Below, one piece after another: positions 61,786 to 64,000 of a stretch of DNA of 64,000 bases. Below the pieces are notes generated by a model. It was given only the letters and a program-made list of their open reading frames with translations, was not told where the DNA came from and ran no database searches. The position numbers and the translations under genes are program-made. This stretch comes from the human T2T-CHM13v2.0 reference genome, Homo sapiens, in the NCBI RefSeq assembly GCF_009914755.1, contig NC_060937.1. One strand, given 5' to 3'. Numbering within the stretch: position 1 is the stretch's first letter; the number at the start of each line of letters is the position of its first letter.

Positions 61786-62211
61786 CCTTTTCTGTTCATT
61801 GTATCCCAAATAGCACCCCCTTTCAGTCTCCAGCTTCTCTACATTTTTTGTTTTTTCTTCATAATATGTTAATTACAACACTTACATATAGTTATTATTG
61901 TTTCCACCACTTGAATAGAAGCTCAGTAAGGCTGCTGATTTTGTCAGTTGTGTTCAACACTGAATCCTCAGTGCTGTAAGTGTTTAGCATAGTAGGTCCT
62001 TAAGAAATATTTGTTGAATAAATTAAGTGAATGAGAACCTTGCAATCTTCGTAAAAATAAAATCATATAATTTGGGAAATTACTCAAGAAATTCATTTTT
62101 TTCTTAAGCTCTATAATAATAATGATAATAATAATAATAATTTTAAGTGGCCAAAAGGGACATTTCCATTTTAAACAGATGACAAACATATTTTTAAATT
62201 TCAGCTATGCT

Positions 62212-62515
<304 letters not shown>

Positions 62516-64000
62516 TCAACTATGCCTTCTCCATTTCCCTCCTCCCTCCAACATGCAATAACAACAGCAGTATTAGGTTCCTTTAGCTGTAAAATGAAAA
62601 TTTCCAATTGCACCTTAGAAGGAGGCTGGAAGGTAGGAGTTTATCTGGCACAAGTCTACAAAGCTGACAGGTGCACCAAACACCTGAGGTTGGGATCATG
62701 GCAGGACAGGTGGGGTTTGGGGTCATCAGAGGTAAACTGAGGAGGAACTCACTTAGGAGGGAGCAAGTCAATGCCTTTCATGTCCTTCAGTCTTTCCTTT
62801 AATCAGTCACTGAGTCAGTTAGGCTGCCAAGAAACACTTATGAAACATGGGAAAGGCTTTGCTCTTGAAGGTAAGTAAGGTACCATCTTTTCTCCTGAAA
62901 AGTTGGTACTCTAGAGACTAATTTCAGAAACAGGCATCTTGCTCAGGAATGAGTGGCCAAGTATGATTTCACTTATAATCACAAGAGTCAGTGTGACTTG
63001 AAGTTGGGCTGTAATCTCAAACTTGTCACTAAGGAGATAGGTGACCTGCAACAGGTGAATTTAACCTCTCTGAAGTTCCATCAGCTCTTCTAAAATGAAT
63101 GACTTGGACAAGATCATCTATAAGACATCCATGTGCTCTAATACTTCATGACTCTGAAAAGAAAGAAGAGGTAAAAATACTGGCTGGAATTCCCTTGTCA
63201 TATTAAAAAGCTTGAAGAAAAATAAGTCATATAATCTATCAACAATTCACCTTTTAGAAGTTTGCTAGGCACTGATTTGCAAGAGAAGTAAGAGAAGGCA
63301 TCCATTCTTGTATTTCCTCAACAATTAGGTTATTTTACTATGTGGATTATACAGCAGAGGGTGAAAGACTTTTTTATTGCAAGACAAAGTTTCTCTATTC
63401 TACTACAAAAGAAATCTTGCTGGTGAGACAAGGACCAGATTGAAATACTCAGCAGAGTGGATGGAAAAGGGGGAAACTTGAAGCCAGATGAGACCCCAGT
63501 CTGCACTTCACTACCTGCACTGAACTTGGCCAAGCTCCTTCACTTACCTCATCTTTAAAGTAATGATCGGGACCTCAGTGTCATGGAAGGATGACATACG
63601 GAAAAACCCTTAATCAGGGCCTGACACACAGTGGACCCTTGTCAGGGCCGGTCCTCCTGCCCTCTCACCCCCAAGACATAAAAGGAGAGACCCTCAAGAG
63701 GTGGGAGTGGGCATCACTAGAATGGAATTGGCAAGGAAACCATGAAGGGCTTGAGCCAGCTCTTTAAAAGTGGGCAGGATCTAGGTAGGCAGAGAGAGAG
63801 ATAAAGGTATCTGACCTGGAAAACATTCCATGGCATAAGCCATGAGCCTGAAATAGAGTTTAGAGCCATTTCCAATAACTGATGGAAGGACAGCGCCAGG
63901 CAGGCGGTAAACTAACACCTGGAAAGGTTGTTATGAAATAAATACACACACACTCCTACACCCCCCACCCCCCCGCAGCGCACACACACACCACACACTC

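Overview
Human-type (primate) genomic DNA, AT-rich and repeat-rich. One protein-coding feature is recognisable: the first coding exon of STARD13 (DLC2 RhoGAP, alpha isoform; MFSQVPRTPASGCYY...VTKIQQ) on the minus strand at 14581-14749, with a phase-1 GT donor and a motif-rich proximal promoter. Bases 1-14580 are its intron 1 and carry plus-strand splice and polyA signals consistent with the antisense lncRNA STARD13-AS. The rest is upstream sequence filled with Alu, L1, L2, MIR, MaLR/ERV-L LTR and DNA-transposon relics; almost all other listed ORFs are repeat-derived or chance. No prokaryote-style system is present. The best novel candidate is a repeat-free minus-strand ORF at 51288-51561. It ends in a strong phase-1 donor compatible with the STARD13 frame, encodes two N-glycosylation sequons plus a hydrophobic stretch, and lies just downstream of a dense TF-motif cluster, so it may be an unrecognised membrane-anchoring STARD13 N-terminus. 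Gene identity and repeat family names come from recall of known sequences, not from a search.
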